Of a stretch of DNA of 64,000 nucleotides, positions 19,304 through 29,682 are shown in pieces. Position numbers and translations under genes: made by a program. The notes under the pieces are model-generated. The model worked only from the letters and a program-made list of their open reading frames with translations. It ran no database searches and was not told the DNA's origin. This DNA is from Gemmatimonadota bacterium (GTDB taxonomy: Bacteria; Gemmatimonadota; Gemmatimonadetes; Gemmatimonadales; GWC2-71-9): the NCBI GenBank assembly GCA_039586365.1, contig JBDHKN010000037.1, positions 10,846 to 74,845 of the forward strand, read 5' to 3'. The first letter of the stretch is position 1. Every line of letters starts with the position of its first letter.

Positions 19304-22288
19304 CTAGCTCTCCTCACAGAGAACAATGCCCCGCCCAGTGTTCCCATCCACCAGCACCTGCACTGGATTTTCCAATCTGATATGGCGGATCACTCCGTCC
19401 AGTTCCTCTTGCAGCGACGGTTGCTGTTTGAGCCAGTCCCAGTTCACCCGCCCCTTCCCCCGGCGTTGGTGCACAGTGAGGTATGCAATCCCAAATGCGG
19501 TGATGTTATGGAAGAAGTGCGAACCGTGCGACGGTTCCACTTCGGTGTCTCCAAAATCGGTCTCGACGATTGCGCGAGCTGCTGAGATCTGTGGCCACGC
19601 CACCGGAATGCCGTACCAGGAGTCTTGCGAACCCCAACGGCCTGGCCCGATCAGTATGTAGTTCCGTCCCTCCTGATAGAGGGTGCGGTTCATGCGTTCT
19701 ATTATAGTCGCCGTTTGCTGGGTATTGGCACGATCGAACCGGTCCGCGTCGATCACGACCAAGTCGGATACCGAGGTCCTGCGCCCATGCCCCAAGACAT
19801 CCTCGGAGTACACCACGGCCGCCGCAGGAAAGTCACTATCCACCACTACATCGATGGAAGCCTCTTCAACCATGATAGGACGCACCTGTAGCAAGTAGAA
19901 GATGGGTGATCCCTTCTGCTGGTCATTGAAATCCACGGCGAACTCGATCTCGACCGGGCACTCCATTGCCTCTCGTGCCAGATCTAGAACCTGGCAGAGC
20001 ATCTGGGGAAGAGGGAAGGCACGGTCCTTTAGCAACGGGGCAAATGTGATCACCGGGCTGCCTCCACGGACTCTGCCACCGGTGATGGCATCATCCGCCC
20101 GCACATAGCTGGACACCACCATGCTGGCTGCACCCTGCTCGACCGCCTCACCCGCTTCTCGATGGAGGAGATTGGAATCTGGGGGCATGGCGGCTATCAT
20201 GTCATCGCGGGCCATATCCAGGGCATAGAATCGCCGCTGAGCATTGCGCAGGGTGTCCTTGACGCTGGAGAACTGAGGTACGATCTCGGGGTGGCGGGGA
20301 CAGAACCGCAGCGATTCATATCCTTCTACTACTGATTTCCCAAGCCCCAACGCAACATGGGCCACACCATCCTCCCGCCTGATGTTGCCGAACGGATAGA
20401 AGTTGTATGAGGAGGCCACGCCAGACAGGGTTGGGTAGAACAGATCGTCGCGGCGGCTTCCGACCAGCTTCTGCAGCAAGACCGCCATCCGTTCTTCCTC
20501 AACCCGATGCGGCGTGCCCCCCAAGTAGTCGCGGGCCTGGCTCAAGAACGTGGAGGCGTAGACCAACTTGATCGCCTCCAGCAGTTGCGCCAGCCGGACG
20601 TCGAGCGAGGGGTGGTTGTTGGGCAACATGAACGTGGCGTAGACCCCTGCGAACGACTGGTACAGGGAATCCTCGAGGATGCTCGAAGACCGAACCGCCA
20701 GTGGCTGGGTGAACTGCGCCAGAAAACTGGCCAGCTCCGCACGCCGCTCCCGGTTGAACCGGGCTTGGCGAAAAACCCGTACTATATCGGCGTCGGTCAG
20801 GGAACTCACTTCCCGGGGAAGCCGCTGTAGCTGGTTCTCGACCAGAAACTGCTCGAAAACATCGCCGGCCAGGGCCACAGTCTGGGGGATGTCGATTTCG
20901 ACACCAGGAATGTCCAGCCTCTCAACGGCGAGGAGCTTCTGAACAAAGGCGAGCCCCCTTCCCTTCCCACCCAAGGAGCCCGACCCAATCTTAGCGAACG
21001 CGACATACTCATCGAACTCCTCAGCGTTATAGTCGATCATTGCATGCCGCTGAAGTTGCCGTAGATAGTCCGTGATCGAGGAGATCAGCCACTGTCGCAG
21101 GATCTGGATCGAGGGGAACTCTTCGACCCCGACCGGGCGGAGCAGAGCTGCTAGCTCGAACTCAGTTCGCGCCTTGAACCAGGCTGAGAAGTGATTCCGC
21201 TCAGCATGGTACTGGATCGACTCTTCGGGTATCTGCTGCAACGAGCGGATCATCTCGCGCATGTCGCGGGCGCGCGCGATCTCGCTACCATCCGGGTGCC
21301 GGAACACAAAGTCTCCGAACCCGAAATTTTCGATGATGAAATGCCTCAGTTCATCGAGCATGTGCGGGGAGCGCTTGTGTAGGAAGCTGGTGCCTATTTC
21401 CTGACTCGCTTGCCGGTGCGCCTTGTTCGTCGATTGGAGGAGGAATGGCAGGTCCGGCACCTGCTCCCTCACCTGGTGAGCGAGATCGATACCAGCATTC
21501 TCTGTCAGCTTGCCGCGCTTGGGAAAACTGACATCCGAGATAATCCCCAAGATATTGGAGCGGTACCGCTCGAACAGTGCCCAGGCCTGTTCGTAGTCCT
21601 GGGCAAGCAGGATCTTGGGACGGGCCCTTATCCGCAGCAAGCGATGCGATAGGTTCAACCCTTCAGCCATGAGGCGGCCGGTCTGCAGGGTAACCTCGGT
21701 GTAGATGTGAGGCAGGTAAGTGGAGTAGAAACGCACCTCGTCCTCGACCAGGATAATCACTTGCACTCCACCCACGAGAATGTCATGGTCCGCGTTGCGT
21801 TGATCCTCAACCTGCTTGATCATCGCCAACAGCGCCTTTACGTCACCCTGCCAGAGGAAAAGGAAATCGACATCACCTGACGCGCGGAGGTCTTCCAGTT
21901 CAGGCAGGTTCCACGCGTGGGCAACGAGCACACAGACTGATAGGTCAGGACGCGACTGTTTGACGTGCCGGGCGAACTTACCCACGTCCATATCAGGCAG
22001 CCGGGGGCTCGCCACGACCATCTCGAAACTGCGTTCTTCCTGCTCCAACAGTCGCAACGCCTCTGCCCCACTCGTCGCCCCAGCGAAGTGGGGCGTAAAG
22101 CGAAGGTTCAGCGCAAGGCTACGGTATTCCTCGAGGAGTAGCTCCGTAAGCTGACCCTCTTCCTCGAGCACGAACGTGTCATAATGGGAAGCAACAAGCA
22201 GGATCTCCTGGACCCTGAACTCCATGAGATCCTTGAACTCGTCGGTGCGCATCCCATAGCGGGTCGTGAGTTCGAGCTCGGCTGTCAT
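19304..22288 (-). CDS. Receiver-domain plus PEP/pyruvate-binding (PPDK_N-like) protein
   Basis: ILLVASHYD, ILVEDEVRFYS, GSLGGKGRGLAF, LAVRSSSILED, PVEIEFAV, LLQVRP, SHGSHFFHN. Confidence 0.88.
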   Translation of the reverse strand: MTAELELTTRYGMRTDEFKDLMEFRVQEILLVASHYDTFVLEEEGQLTELLLEEYRSLALNLRFTPHFAGATSGAEALRLLEQEERSFEMVVASPRLPDMDVGKFARHVKQSRPDLSVCVLVAHAWNLPELEDLRASGDVDFLFLWQGDVKALLAMIKQVEDQRNADHDILVGGVQVIILVEDEVRFYSTYLPHIYTEVTLQTGRLMAEGLNLSHRLLRIRARPKILLAQDYEQAWALFERYRSNILGIISDVSFPKRGKLTENAGIDLAHQVREQVPDLPFLLQSTNKAHRQASQEIGTSFLHKRSPHMLDELRHFIIENFGFGDFVFRHPDGSEIARARDMREMIRSLQQIPEESIQYHAERNHFSAWFKARTEFELAALLRPVGVEEFPSIQILRQWLISSITDYLRQLQRHAMIDYNAEEFDEYVAFAKIGSGSLGGKGRGLAFVQKLLAVERLDIPGVEIDIPQTVALAGDVFEQFLVENQLQRLPREVSSLTDADIVRVFRQARFNRERRAELASFLAQFTQPLAVRSSSILEDSLYQSFAGVYATFMLPNNHPSLDVRLAQLLEAIKLVYASTFLSQARDYLGGTPHRVEEERMAVLLQKLVGSRRDDLFYPTLSGVASSYNFYPFGNIRREDGVAHVALGLGKSVVEGYESLRFCPRHPEIVPQFSSVKDTLRNAQRRFYALDMARDDMIAAMPPDSNLLHREAGEAVEQGAASMVVSSYVRADDAITGGRVRGGSPVITFAPLLKDRAFPLPQMLCQVLDLAREAMECPVEIEFAVDFNDQQKGSPIFYLLQVRPIMVEEASIDVVVDSDFPAAAVVYSEDVLGHGRRTSVSDLVVIDADRFDRANTQQTATIIERMNRTLYQEGRNYILIGPGRWGSQDSWYGIPVAWPQISAARAIVETDFGDTEVEPSHGSHFFHNITAFGIAYLTVHQRRGKGRVNWDWLKQQPSLQEELDGVIRHIRLENPVQVLVDGNTGRGIVLCEES

Positions 22289-22389
22289 ACTCTTCCTCTG
22301 GGCGAGGTGAAGCGGATTGCCCTCAGGCTCACAGTGAGGTCACTTCAAACGGAACGGGGTAGCGACCTTGTGCCCTCGTCCCCGACTCC

Positions 22390-23556
22390 TCAGACACCAC
22401 CTCCCGCCGCTTCACGCAGCAGATTTCGCGCAATCACCAGACGTTGAATCTGATTCGTTCCTTCATAGATCTGGGTGATCTTCGCGTCGCGCATGTATTT
22501 CTCGATCGGATAGTCCTTGCAGTAGCCGTACCCACCGAACAACTGGACAGCATCCGTCGTCACTTTCATCGCCACGTCGGTGGCCATCAACTTGCACATC
22601 GCGGAGACTTTGGTGATGTGTTTATGGCCTGAGTCGATGGTCCGAGCTGCGTGATGCACCAGGGCGCGGGCGGCCTCGATCTGAGTCGCCATGTCCGCCA
22701 GCATCCACTGGACGCCCTGAAACGAACTTACCGACTGACCGAATTGTTGTCGCTCGTGCGTGTATTGGAGTGCTAGATCGAGGGCACCCTGAGCCAGACC
22801 GACAGCCTGCGCCGCCACGCCCGGGCGGGCCCGATCCAGCGTGATCATGGCATGCTTGAAGCCGCGCCCCTCCTGGCCACCCAACAGGTTCTCTGCCGGC
22901 ACCCGACAATCGTCCAAGTGGATCTCGACCACCGGAACGCAACGGATACCCATCTTGTCCTCATGCTTGCCAATGCGATAGCCGGGGGTTCCCTCCTCGA
23001 CGAGAAACGCTGACACACCACGCGCACCGCGACCGGGTTCGGTCACAGCGAAGATGGTATTCAGCGACGCGACGGCACCACCGGTGTTCCATTTCTTCTC
23101 ACCGTTCAAGACGTAACTATCCCCATCCCGCTCGGCGCGTGTGGTCATGGATCCTGCGTCCGACCCGGCTTCCTTCTCGGACAAGCCAAATGCCACGAGC
23201 TTTTCTCCGGCCGCCACTGGGGGTAGCCAGCGTTCCTTTTGCTCATCCGTACCGCCGACTATGATGGGGAACGATCCCAGAGCGTTCACGGCGAAGCCCA
23301 CCCCCATGCCCCCACAGGCCCGCGAAAACTCCTCGACCACGATGCACAGATCGAGCACACCTCCACCGAGACCGCCGTATTGTTTGGGAATCCAAGCACC
23401 CGAGAGTCCTGCCTGCTTGATAGCTTGCTGGACCTCCCAGGGATAGGTCTGCTCAACATCGTACTTGGCGGCGACAGGACGCATGACCGTGTCAGCCAGT
23501 TCCCGTGCCCGGTTTCTGAGGTCGATCTGCTGAGGCGTGTAGAGCTCTTCTATCAT
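22390..23556 (-). CDS. Acyl-CoA dehydrogenase
   Basis: AFGLSEKEAGSD, KMGIR, RQQFG, GGYGY, IYEGTNQIQR; start MIEEL. Confidence 0.95.
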   Translation of the reverse strand: MIEELYTPQQIDLRNRARELADTVMRPVAAKYDVEQTYPWEVQQAIKQAGLSGAWIPKQYGGLGGGVLDLCIVVEEFSRACGGMGVGFAVNALGSFPIIVGGTDEQKERWLPPVAAGEKLVAFGLSEKEAGSDAGSMTTRAERDGDSYVLNGEKKWNTGGAVASLNTIFAVTEPGRGARGVSAFLVEEGTPGYRIGKHEDKMGIRCVPVVEIHLDDCRVPAENLLGGQEGRGFKHAMITLDRARPGVAAQAVGLAQGALDLALQYTHERQQFGQSVSSFQGVQWMLADMATQIEAARALVHHAARTIDSGHKHITKVSAMCKLMATDVAMKVTTDAVQLFGGYGYCKDYPIEKYMRDAKITQIYEGTNQIQRLVIARNLLREAAGGGV

Positions 23557-23822
23557 TGTTCTACTCTTGTTCCTTGTTTGCAGTGTCAATTGGTAGGTCT
23601 GTCCCCGCGGACAAAGAATACTACACGGTGACGCAACTCTGAACCACAGGCCTGTTCTCCCACCATCCGAGAAGTCGCCACACACCCAAGAGGGAGCAGC
23701 CTCTAAACGGGACAACAAAGACTTGGCTGTGTTGTGACCGGGATCACGCCGCTTTGAGCGATGTTGTGAGATTATGTAATGCGGTGTAAAACGCACATGG
23801 TCCGGAAGGTGAGGGACACCAG

Positions 23823-24215
23823 TTGATAGTCCGAGAGGCTCTACCCCGGCTCGCACTCAACGTGCCGCTGATAGCCCGGAAGACAGCCGCTGAGGTGGAA
23901 CGAATCCTGGGAAGACCGTCCAGATGTTCGAGACTGCAGCTCAACGGGCAGGTCAGAAACATCTACCGCAACGGCGCCATCGAAGTCGTCTTCATTGAGG
24001 GAAAGGCCAGCTGGATCAAGCTATTCGATACACGTGACCTGGCGTTTGGGGTAGACTCGCTCCCCAAACTCGGTCTGCCCGCCGTCAAGCCAACTTACGT
24101 CAACAAGAAGCACGTGATGAGCTGGGGCAACGTCTCCAACTTGAAGGAGGTGAGTCTGTATTCAGACGGAAATTCAGGAGTCTCATATGTTCTGATCTGT
24201 GCATGCGTTTCTTGA
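23823..24215 (+). CDS. Hypothetical protein
   Basis: 130-aa ORF with GAGG RBS and globular composition. Confidence 0.6.
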   Translation: MIVREALPRLALNVPLIARKTAAEVERILGRPSRCSRLQLNGQVRNIYRNGAIEVVFIEGKASWIKLFDTRDLAFGVDSLPKLGLPAVKPTYVNKKHVMSWGNVSNLKEVSLYSDGNSGVSYVLICACVS

Positions 24216-24457
24216 AGCCGACCGCAACAAGTTCCGTTCGACCAAATACACTGTGAATCCGCTCCAGCGTGGCCTGTTATATGCGAGAGTACGCTAAATC
24301 CCATCCTTCAGGCTGGCCACACGTCGCCGCGGGAGTATTGTCCGCGGGGCGCGCCAATTGCATTATTGGGATGACCCCGTTCCTCCCAGCACGGCTCCGA
24401 AGCGCTGCCGCGGCAGGCGGACCACGACCCAAGCGGGACGCTAGGAAGGAAGTGATT

Positions 24458-24691
24458 ATGTCTTGGTGCCGGACATGCAACGAATACCATTTTGGCATGT
24501 GCCCCACGGTCTGGTTCTGTTCCAACTGTCAGACGGTACACGAGGATGTATGTCCCCAGAGTGGCGCCGGGCCGCTGCCCCCGGAGACGGATGAAGCTCA
24601 CCTGAAGTGCCTGCGGTGCGGCTGGTATCACCACCACAATGAAATGTGTCGGCCGGCAGCAAGTGACACTCACGACCAAGAGCCGGACTAG
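24458..24691 (+). CDS. Small triple Cys/His zinc-knuckle-like protein
   Basis: AGGAAGG RBS; three CxxC-x3-H-x3..5-C units. Confidence 0.65.
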   Translation: MSWCRTCNEYHFGMCPTVWFCSNCQTVHEDVCPQSGAGPLPPETDEAHLKCLRCGWYHHHNEMCRPAASDTHDQEPD

Positions 24692-24831
24692 AACCCGCCC
24701 TGTGACCGGCCCGGTTGTCCTGAGGCAATTCCGCATACTGAAATGCCTACCATGGTTCACCACAGGCCCCTGGAACCTGGCACGATACGACCAGGATACC
24801 GACCTTGTCGGCAACCCGCCGGGGTAATACG

Positions 24832-25050
24832 ATGACTCGGGAATATTGCTACCACTGTGGGGGTGAATTGGCTGACGGTGCTCCTCCTCGCATCACCTCA
24901 ACCGAGGTCGCTCCCGCCAATCCGCGACCCGGCCAACCTTGCCGCTGCGAGGAGATCCCCAAGGACACCGGAATCAAACTCCGCATCAGCGGCCCCTACA
25001 ATGCCGATCAACCCGCTCAGGACACCAGCAAACCGGAGGCCGATGGCTAG
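24832..25050 (+). CDS. Small CxxC...CxC putative zinc-ribbon protein
   Basis: YCYHCGG...PCRCE. Confidence 0.5.
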   Translation: MTREYCYHCGGELADGAPPRITSTEVAPANPRPGQPCRCEEIPKDTGIKLRISGPYNADQPAQDTSKPEADG

Positions 25051-25120
25051 CCCAGCTCAACCGACCTCACGACCACTAGCGCGACAACGAGCGAGCGGCA
25101 TCCTCTGACACGGTACCCTG

Positions 25121-25435
25121 TCACTTAGTGCTGTTTATGATGGAGCTAGCTGCATCGTGGTACGCCTGCATCATATTGGAGAACGCCTGCATTGCCTCCA
25201 GCTGTTGGCGTTGTTGCTGCTTGAGAGCGTCCAACTGACGAATGTCGCCCAATACCGAGAAGTGTTCCGCATCCTGCTCGTCTGTACTACCATCACTTTC
25301 CTGAGGTTTGAGATGGCCGGACTCAGCGGTGGCAAACTCGAAACCGTATCTTGCCGCGAGCTCGCCCAGTTCACGTGAGAGTACAGGGTCCTTCGCTATC
25401 AGCTCGAGAAAATCGATCATAGTGCCCTTACGCAT
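25121..25435 (-). CDS. Hypothetical protein with Nif11-leader-like N-terminus and helical needle-subunit-like C-terminus
   Basis: GGGAGG RBS; FLELIAKDPVL...AARYGFEF; QAFSNMMQAYHDAASSIINSTK. Confidence 0.65.
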   Translation of the reverse strand: MRKGTMIDFLELIAKDPVLSRELGELAARYGFEFATAESGHLKPQESDGSTDEQDAEHFSVLGDIRQLDALKQQQRQQLEAMQAFSNMMQAYHDAASSIINSTK

Positions 25436-25815
25436 AGTGCCCTCCCAGTAACTCCAGCGGCTGATCCTCCAAATGTGCGGCTCGGCACCAGCGGCGACAA
25501 GCGTGACAGACTGTGCCGATCCACGCCACCATCGGAGCGCTGGGGCAGTTGGCCGAACCATCCGTAGGGGGCCTCTGAACATGGCGACTGGCGGACGTCA
25601 CACTGTCCGTCGGCTCGGTATCCGGCGTGCAAAACCCGTGTGCTCGAGATCGGTGGGGTGCCCTCCGGCTCTACCGACACATATGTTTCATTCCAAACAG
25701 GCGTACCCATCTGCACTGTTCCACCGTGTCCGGCACGCCAACCGTGCCCGGCGCGTGATGAACGGGTCTGCGCCTTGACGAATTGATGGTTTCCCTCTCG
25801 ATCCTCGAGGTACTC

Positions 25816-28101
25816 ATGGTTAGCTCCATTCGAGAAAGAACCTGCACCGCGCTAGCCCCTTTCGTGCTTGCCGCCTGCGCCGCGGGCATCGCGTCACAAA
25901 TGGCCTGGGCCCAGGTAGCCGGCGAAGGCCTGCGCCCCATGACGTTCATGGACGTACAGCTCTTCAACAGAGCCGGTTCACCTACACCGAGCCCCGATGG
26001 CAAATGGCTCCTCTATACCGTCACAACGCCGGATTGGGACGAGGCCGAGAGCCAGACTGATATCCACCTCGTTTCTCTTCAGGAGGGCCTTCCCTCCCAC
26101 AAACAGATGACTTTCACCGAGGGGAAGAACGAGACCTCACCCCGCTGGTCCCCAGACGCGAGCTTCTTCGTGTTTGCGTCGAATCGCGAAGCGTCGGGCA
26201 GCGGGAATCAGAACCAGCTCTATCTCATGCGCCTCGACGGAGGTGAGGCACGCCGCATCACTGATGCGAAGGACGGAGTCTCCAACTTCGCTTTCAGCCG
26301 CGACGGGCGGTGGCTGGTCTTTCGGGCTGGTAAGTCTGGGGAGCAACAGCTCTGGCGCCTGCCGGTCGAGGGGATTGTCGCTGCCGACGCGGAGCAGATC
26401 ACACACGAATCGGCAGGCATCGAGGAATGGGAGTGGGCGCCGGACAGCCGCAGCATCTACTTCACGCGACCGGACTCCTTGGACGAGGACCAGGCGCTCC
26501 GCCGGGAGAAGGGCTTCACGGTGGATATCAAGAACATGGTGACACCCCTCTCCAATCTGTGGGTCCTGAATCTGGAATCAGATTCCCTGTCCACGCGGCA
26601 GCTTACCGATGACCCCAGCATCAGCGTCACTGGATTTGAGATCTCGGATGACGGCAATTGGATCGCGTTCACCGGGGGCTCTGCCAAGCGCTATGAGCGC
26701 AATATCACCGGGGCCCGCCTCTACGCCGACCAGATCCTACTCGAGACCGCCACCGGCCACATCGAGCGCTTGACGGACAATTACGAGGTTGGCGAGGGTG
26801 GGGCGAGCTTCTCTCCCGACGGACGCTGGATTGCGTTCTCCGCCCCGGACGACATGACGCGATACACGATGACCGATAATCGCGTGTACATCCGGGAAGT
26901 GACGGATCGCGGCGGCGCTTTCCGGAAGCTTGGTTCTGCGTTCGATGGCGGAGTGAGCGTGGGTTTCTGGTCCGACGACAGTCGCACGATCTACTTCAGC
27001 ACTGGCGTCAAGGTCACCACGCAACTCCACGCGCTCGACGTACGCAGTGGCGAGGTGCGCCAAGTGACCGACGAGAGGGCCGCTCTCTCCGTTGACCGCG
27101 ATGACGATACTGGCGTCCTCCTCATCGGCTACTCTGACCCCACGACGCCACCGACCTACTTCACGGTCGCCTCGATCGATCGGATCACCAGCCGGTCGAA
27201 CTGGATCCAGCTCATGGACGTGAACCCGCAAGTGCGCGAACTGGCTCTGGGCGAGGAGGTCGAGATAAACTGGACCTCGAGCGACGGCAAGACAGTCGGC
27301 GGAATCCTGGTCAAACCAGTAGGCTACCAAGAGGGCCAACGCTACCCGCTCATAGTTGCCATTCACGGGGGGCCTGCCTCGGCAGACGTGCTCCGGTTCA
27401 ACGGTGGCTATAACTCGCAGGTGTTCGCGGGCGCAGGATACGCGGTCCTCAAACCGAACTACCGCGGCTCCCGGAATTACGGTTACGCTCACCGGACCGA
27501 CATCGTAGGTGACTACTTCACGCTGGGCTTCGACGACATCATGACGGGTGTTGACTACCTGATCGAACAGGGGATCGTCGATGGCGATCGCATGGGCGCC
27601 CTGGGTTGGAGCGCCGGCGGCCACTGGTCCAACTGGATCCTGACCCACACCGACCGGTTCAAGGCCATCAGCTCCGGTGCCGGTACGATGAACTGGATCT
27701 CCATGTACGCCCAGAGCGACGTGCAGCGGAATAGGCAGTTCTACATCGGTGACGACTTCCTGTACGACAACTTCGAGCCATACTGGGACCAGTCACCGCT
27801 CAAATACATCAAGAACGCCAAGACCCCGACCATGATCCATGTCGTTGAAGGGGACCCGCGAGTACCGAGCCCGCAGTCGGTGGAACTGCACATGGCCTTG
27901 AAGAAACTGGGAGTCGAGACGGAGCTCTTCATGTATCCGGGCCGCAGCCACGGCATCCCCGATCCCCGCAACCGGTTGGTGAAGGCGGTGGCCGAATTGG
28001 CATGGATGGACTATTACGTGCGTGGCAAGGGACAGAAGTTCGCCTGGCGTGACGTATTGCAGACGCTGGAGTCTGACGAGTCAGGGGAACAGAGCCACTA
28101 G
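25816..28101 (+). CDS. S9 family peptidase (acylaminoacyl/dipeptidyl peptidase) with beta-propeller
   Basis: PD40-like SPDG repeats; IHGGP, NYRGS, GWSAGG, DPRVP, HG catalytic triad. Confidence 0.93.
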   Translation: MVSSIRERTCTALAPFVLAACAAGIASQMAWAQVAGEGLRPMTFMDVQLFNRAGSPTPSPDGKWLLYTVTTPDWDEAESQTDIHLVSLQEGLPSHKQMTFTEGKNETSPRWSPDASFFVFASNREASGSGNQNQLYLMRLDGGEARRITDAKDGVSNFAFSRDGRWLVFRAGKSGEQQLWRLPVEGIVAADAEQITHESAGIEEWEWAPDSRSIYFTRPDSLDEDQALRREKGFTVDIKNMVTPLSNLWVLNLESDSLSTRQLTDDPSISVTGFEISDDGNWIAFTGGSAKRYERNITGARLYADQILLETATGHIERLTDNYEVGEGGASFSPDGRWIAFSAPDDMTRYTMTDNRVYIREVTDRGGAFRKLGSAFDGGVSVGFWSDDSRTIYFSTGVKVTTQLHALDVRSGEVRQVTDERAALSVDRDDDTGVLLIGYSDPTTPPTYFTVASIDRITSRSNWIQLMDVNPQVRELALGEEVEINWTSSDGKTVGGILVKPVGYQEGQRYPLIVAIHGGPASADVLRFNGGYNSQVFAGAGYAVLKPNYRGSRNYGYAHRTDIVGDYFTLGFDDIMTGVDYLIEQGIVDGDRMGALGWSAGGHWSNWILTHTDRFKAISSGAGTMNWISMYAQSDVQRNRQFYIGDDFLYDNFEPYWDQSPLKYIKNAKTPTMIHVVEGDPRVPSPQSVELHMALKKLGVETELFMYPGRSHGIPDPRNRLVKAVAELAWMDYYVRGKGQKFAWRDVLQTLESDESGEQSH

Positions 28102-28317
28102 GCTCCTGGCAGTTGGTATGGGGCACGAGCGCATCGAGTCTCGTCACCCATCATCGGTCGGAGATGATCCAGCCCCGGGCGCCGCTGGCGGTCGGGGCTT
28201 TGGGCGTGAGCCGCCCGCTGCGAGGCCACGCGTTACGCAGCCGGCAAAACTGTGACCCAGACTGCGACCCTGGGCCCGGCAGTCAGGGAGAGTTCCACGT
28301 CGGCGCGGCAGGGAGTG

Positions 28318-28716
28318 CTAAGCGACTGCGATCGAGAGCAGCACGGCGAGCAAAGCCATCAAAACCGCCCATAGGGACCAACGGTTGGCGCTGCGGGACG
28401 CAGTGTTTGCCACCAGTGCGAGTTTCGAGGCTTCAGCTGCCAACCGGTAGGCGCCGCGAGCGATTTCGACTGGATCGGTTTGCCAATCCGCTTCTGCTGA
28501 CGGCTGGCGCCGGTCATCGTTTGAATCCCCAGAATAGGTTGGCCCTTGTTGCTGGGGAGCACCCCAGGCACGCCTCTGGGATTTGTCCCCGGAGTTCTCC
28601 AAGGAGATCTTGTGTTGGATTCTCTTGATCTCGTCCGGGTCGCGCTGTGACAAGAAAACCTCTGCTGGCTCGCTCTGGATGTGGCTCACTTGGTGCACCT
28701 GCAAGAGGAGCCCCAA
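28318..28716 (-). CDS. Hypothetical protein with C-terminal TM anchor
   Basis: ANRWSLWAVLMALLAVLLSIAV tail; start uncertain. Confidence 0.4.
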   Translation of the reverse strand: MGLLLQVHQVSHIQSEPAEVFLSQRDPDEIKRIQHKISLENSGDKSQRRAWGAPQQQGPTYSGDSNDDRRQPSAEADWQTDPVEIARGAYRLAAEASKLALVANTASRSANRWSLWAVLMALLAVLLSIAVA

Positions 28717-28907
28717 GAATGATCTTTGCTGCTAGGCGTCGTCCGATCAGATGCCTGTGTTCAAGGCGCGCGATTCCTTGGAAACACATTTTGCAAGTAC
28801 CAGGCCAGCTACCTGTCGGCAGCATCCGCGCGGACCAGTCTTGGCAGAGCCGGGCCGAGGGATGGTGTTACTCACCGCAGCCTGCCACTCGTACCCGGTG
28901 TGTAGTA

Positions 28908-29231
28908 TCAAGGAGCTTCCCAGCGCCGCTGCAGCTCGCCCAATGATTCGACGTCAATGGCGTACTCGATCCCGGCTGCATCTAGCGAATCCTGCGCCGC
29001 CATGGCTACCGAGTGAGCCGGCCAGAAGCGCGACTTCGGCCACAGGCGACGCTTGCGGCTCGAGGTTGTCCGGATTAGCTGAGGACCCGCCCGGTGCTTC
29101 AGCTCCACTAACCACTCCTTGCCAATCGGCGCGTCGATCCACCCCATGTCTGCCGCGAATTGGACGCAGACCTCGACGAGTTGAGTCGGGGTCAGGGTTA
29201 TTCGTTCGCTGGTGGGTCTGTCGGGTGGCAT
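28908..29231 (-). CDS. Hypothetical protein
   Basis: AGGAGG RBS; N-terminus similar to the stump at 63651-63722. Confidence 0.6.
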   Translation of the reverse strand: MPPDRPTSERITLTPTQLVEVCVQFAADMGWIDAPIGKEWLVELKHRAGPQLIRTTSSRKRRLWPKSRFWPAHSVAMAAQDSLDAAGIEYAIDVESLGELQRRWEAP

Positions 29232-29682
29232 CGGTGTCCTCCTGCAGGAGTTGACGTCGCCCACGTCGTTGGCCGGGCACAACCCATCTTGCACTGCAAG
29301 ACTGATGCTCGCACCGGGCGACTTCAACTAGCAGGCTTTGCCGTGCAAGTGGCTGGAGGACCTCTGTCGCATGTGATGATCATCGACGCCGGCGAACACC
29401 ATCTCGGTCATCGATTCGATAAGCGCTAGGACGGTGTACGGTAGTCCCGGCCTCTCAGGCGGCGGGTCTCGCATAGATTCAACAGTGTCGCCGCAATCCC
29501 TACTTGCTCCCGTAGCGACAGTACCACGGTGTCGTATCTTCGCCACTCTTGCCGACCCTGAAATTGCACAGCATCATAGTATGTACGAGGTCCAAAGGAT
29601 TTCACACGGCGTCACGGGACCTTCGATCCCCAGCTGATCCGACACCCGCGTGACCCGTTGAGTCAGCGAACCGAGCTGAGTC

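Noticed and set aside
24458..24691. Multiheme cytochrome c
   Set aside because: His is not adjacent to CxxC and there is no signal peptide
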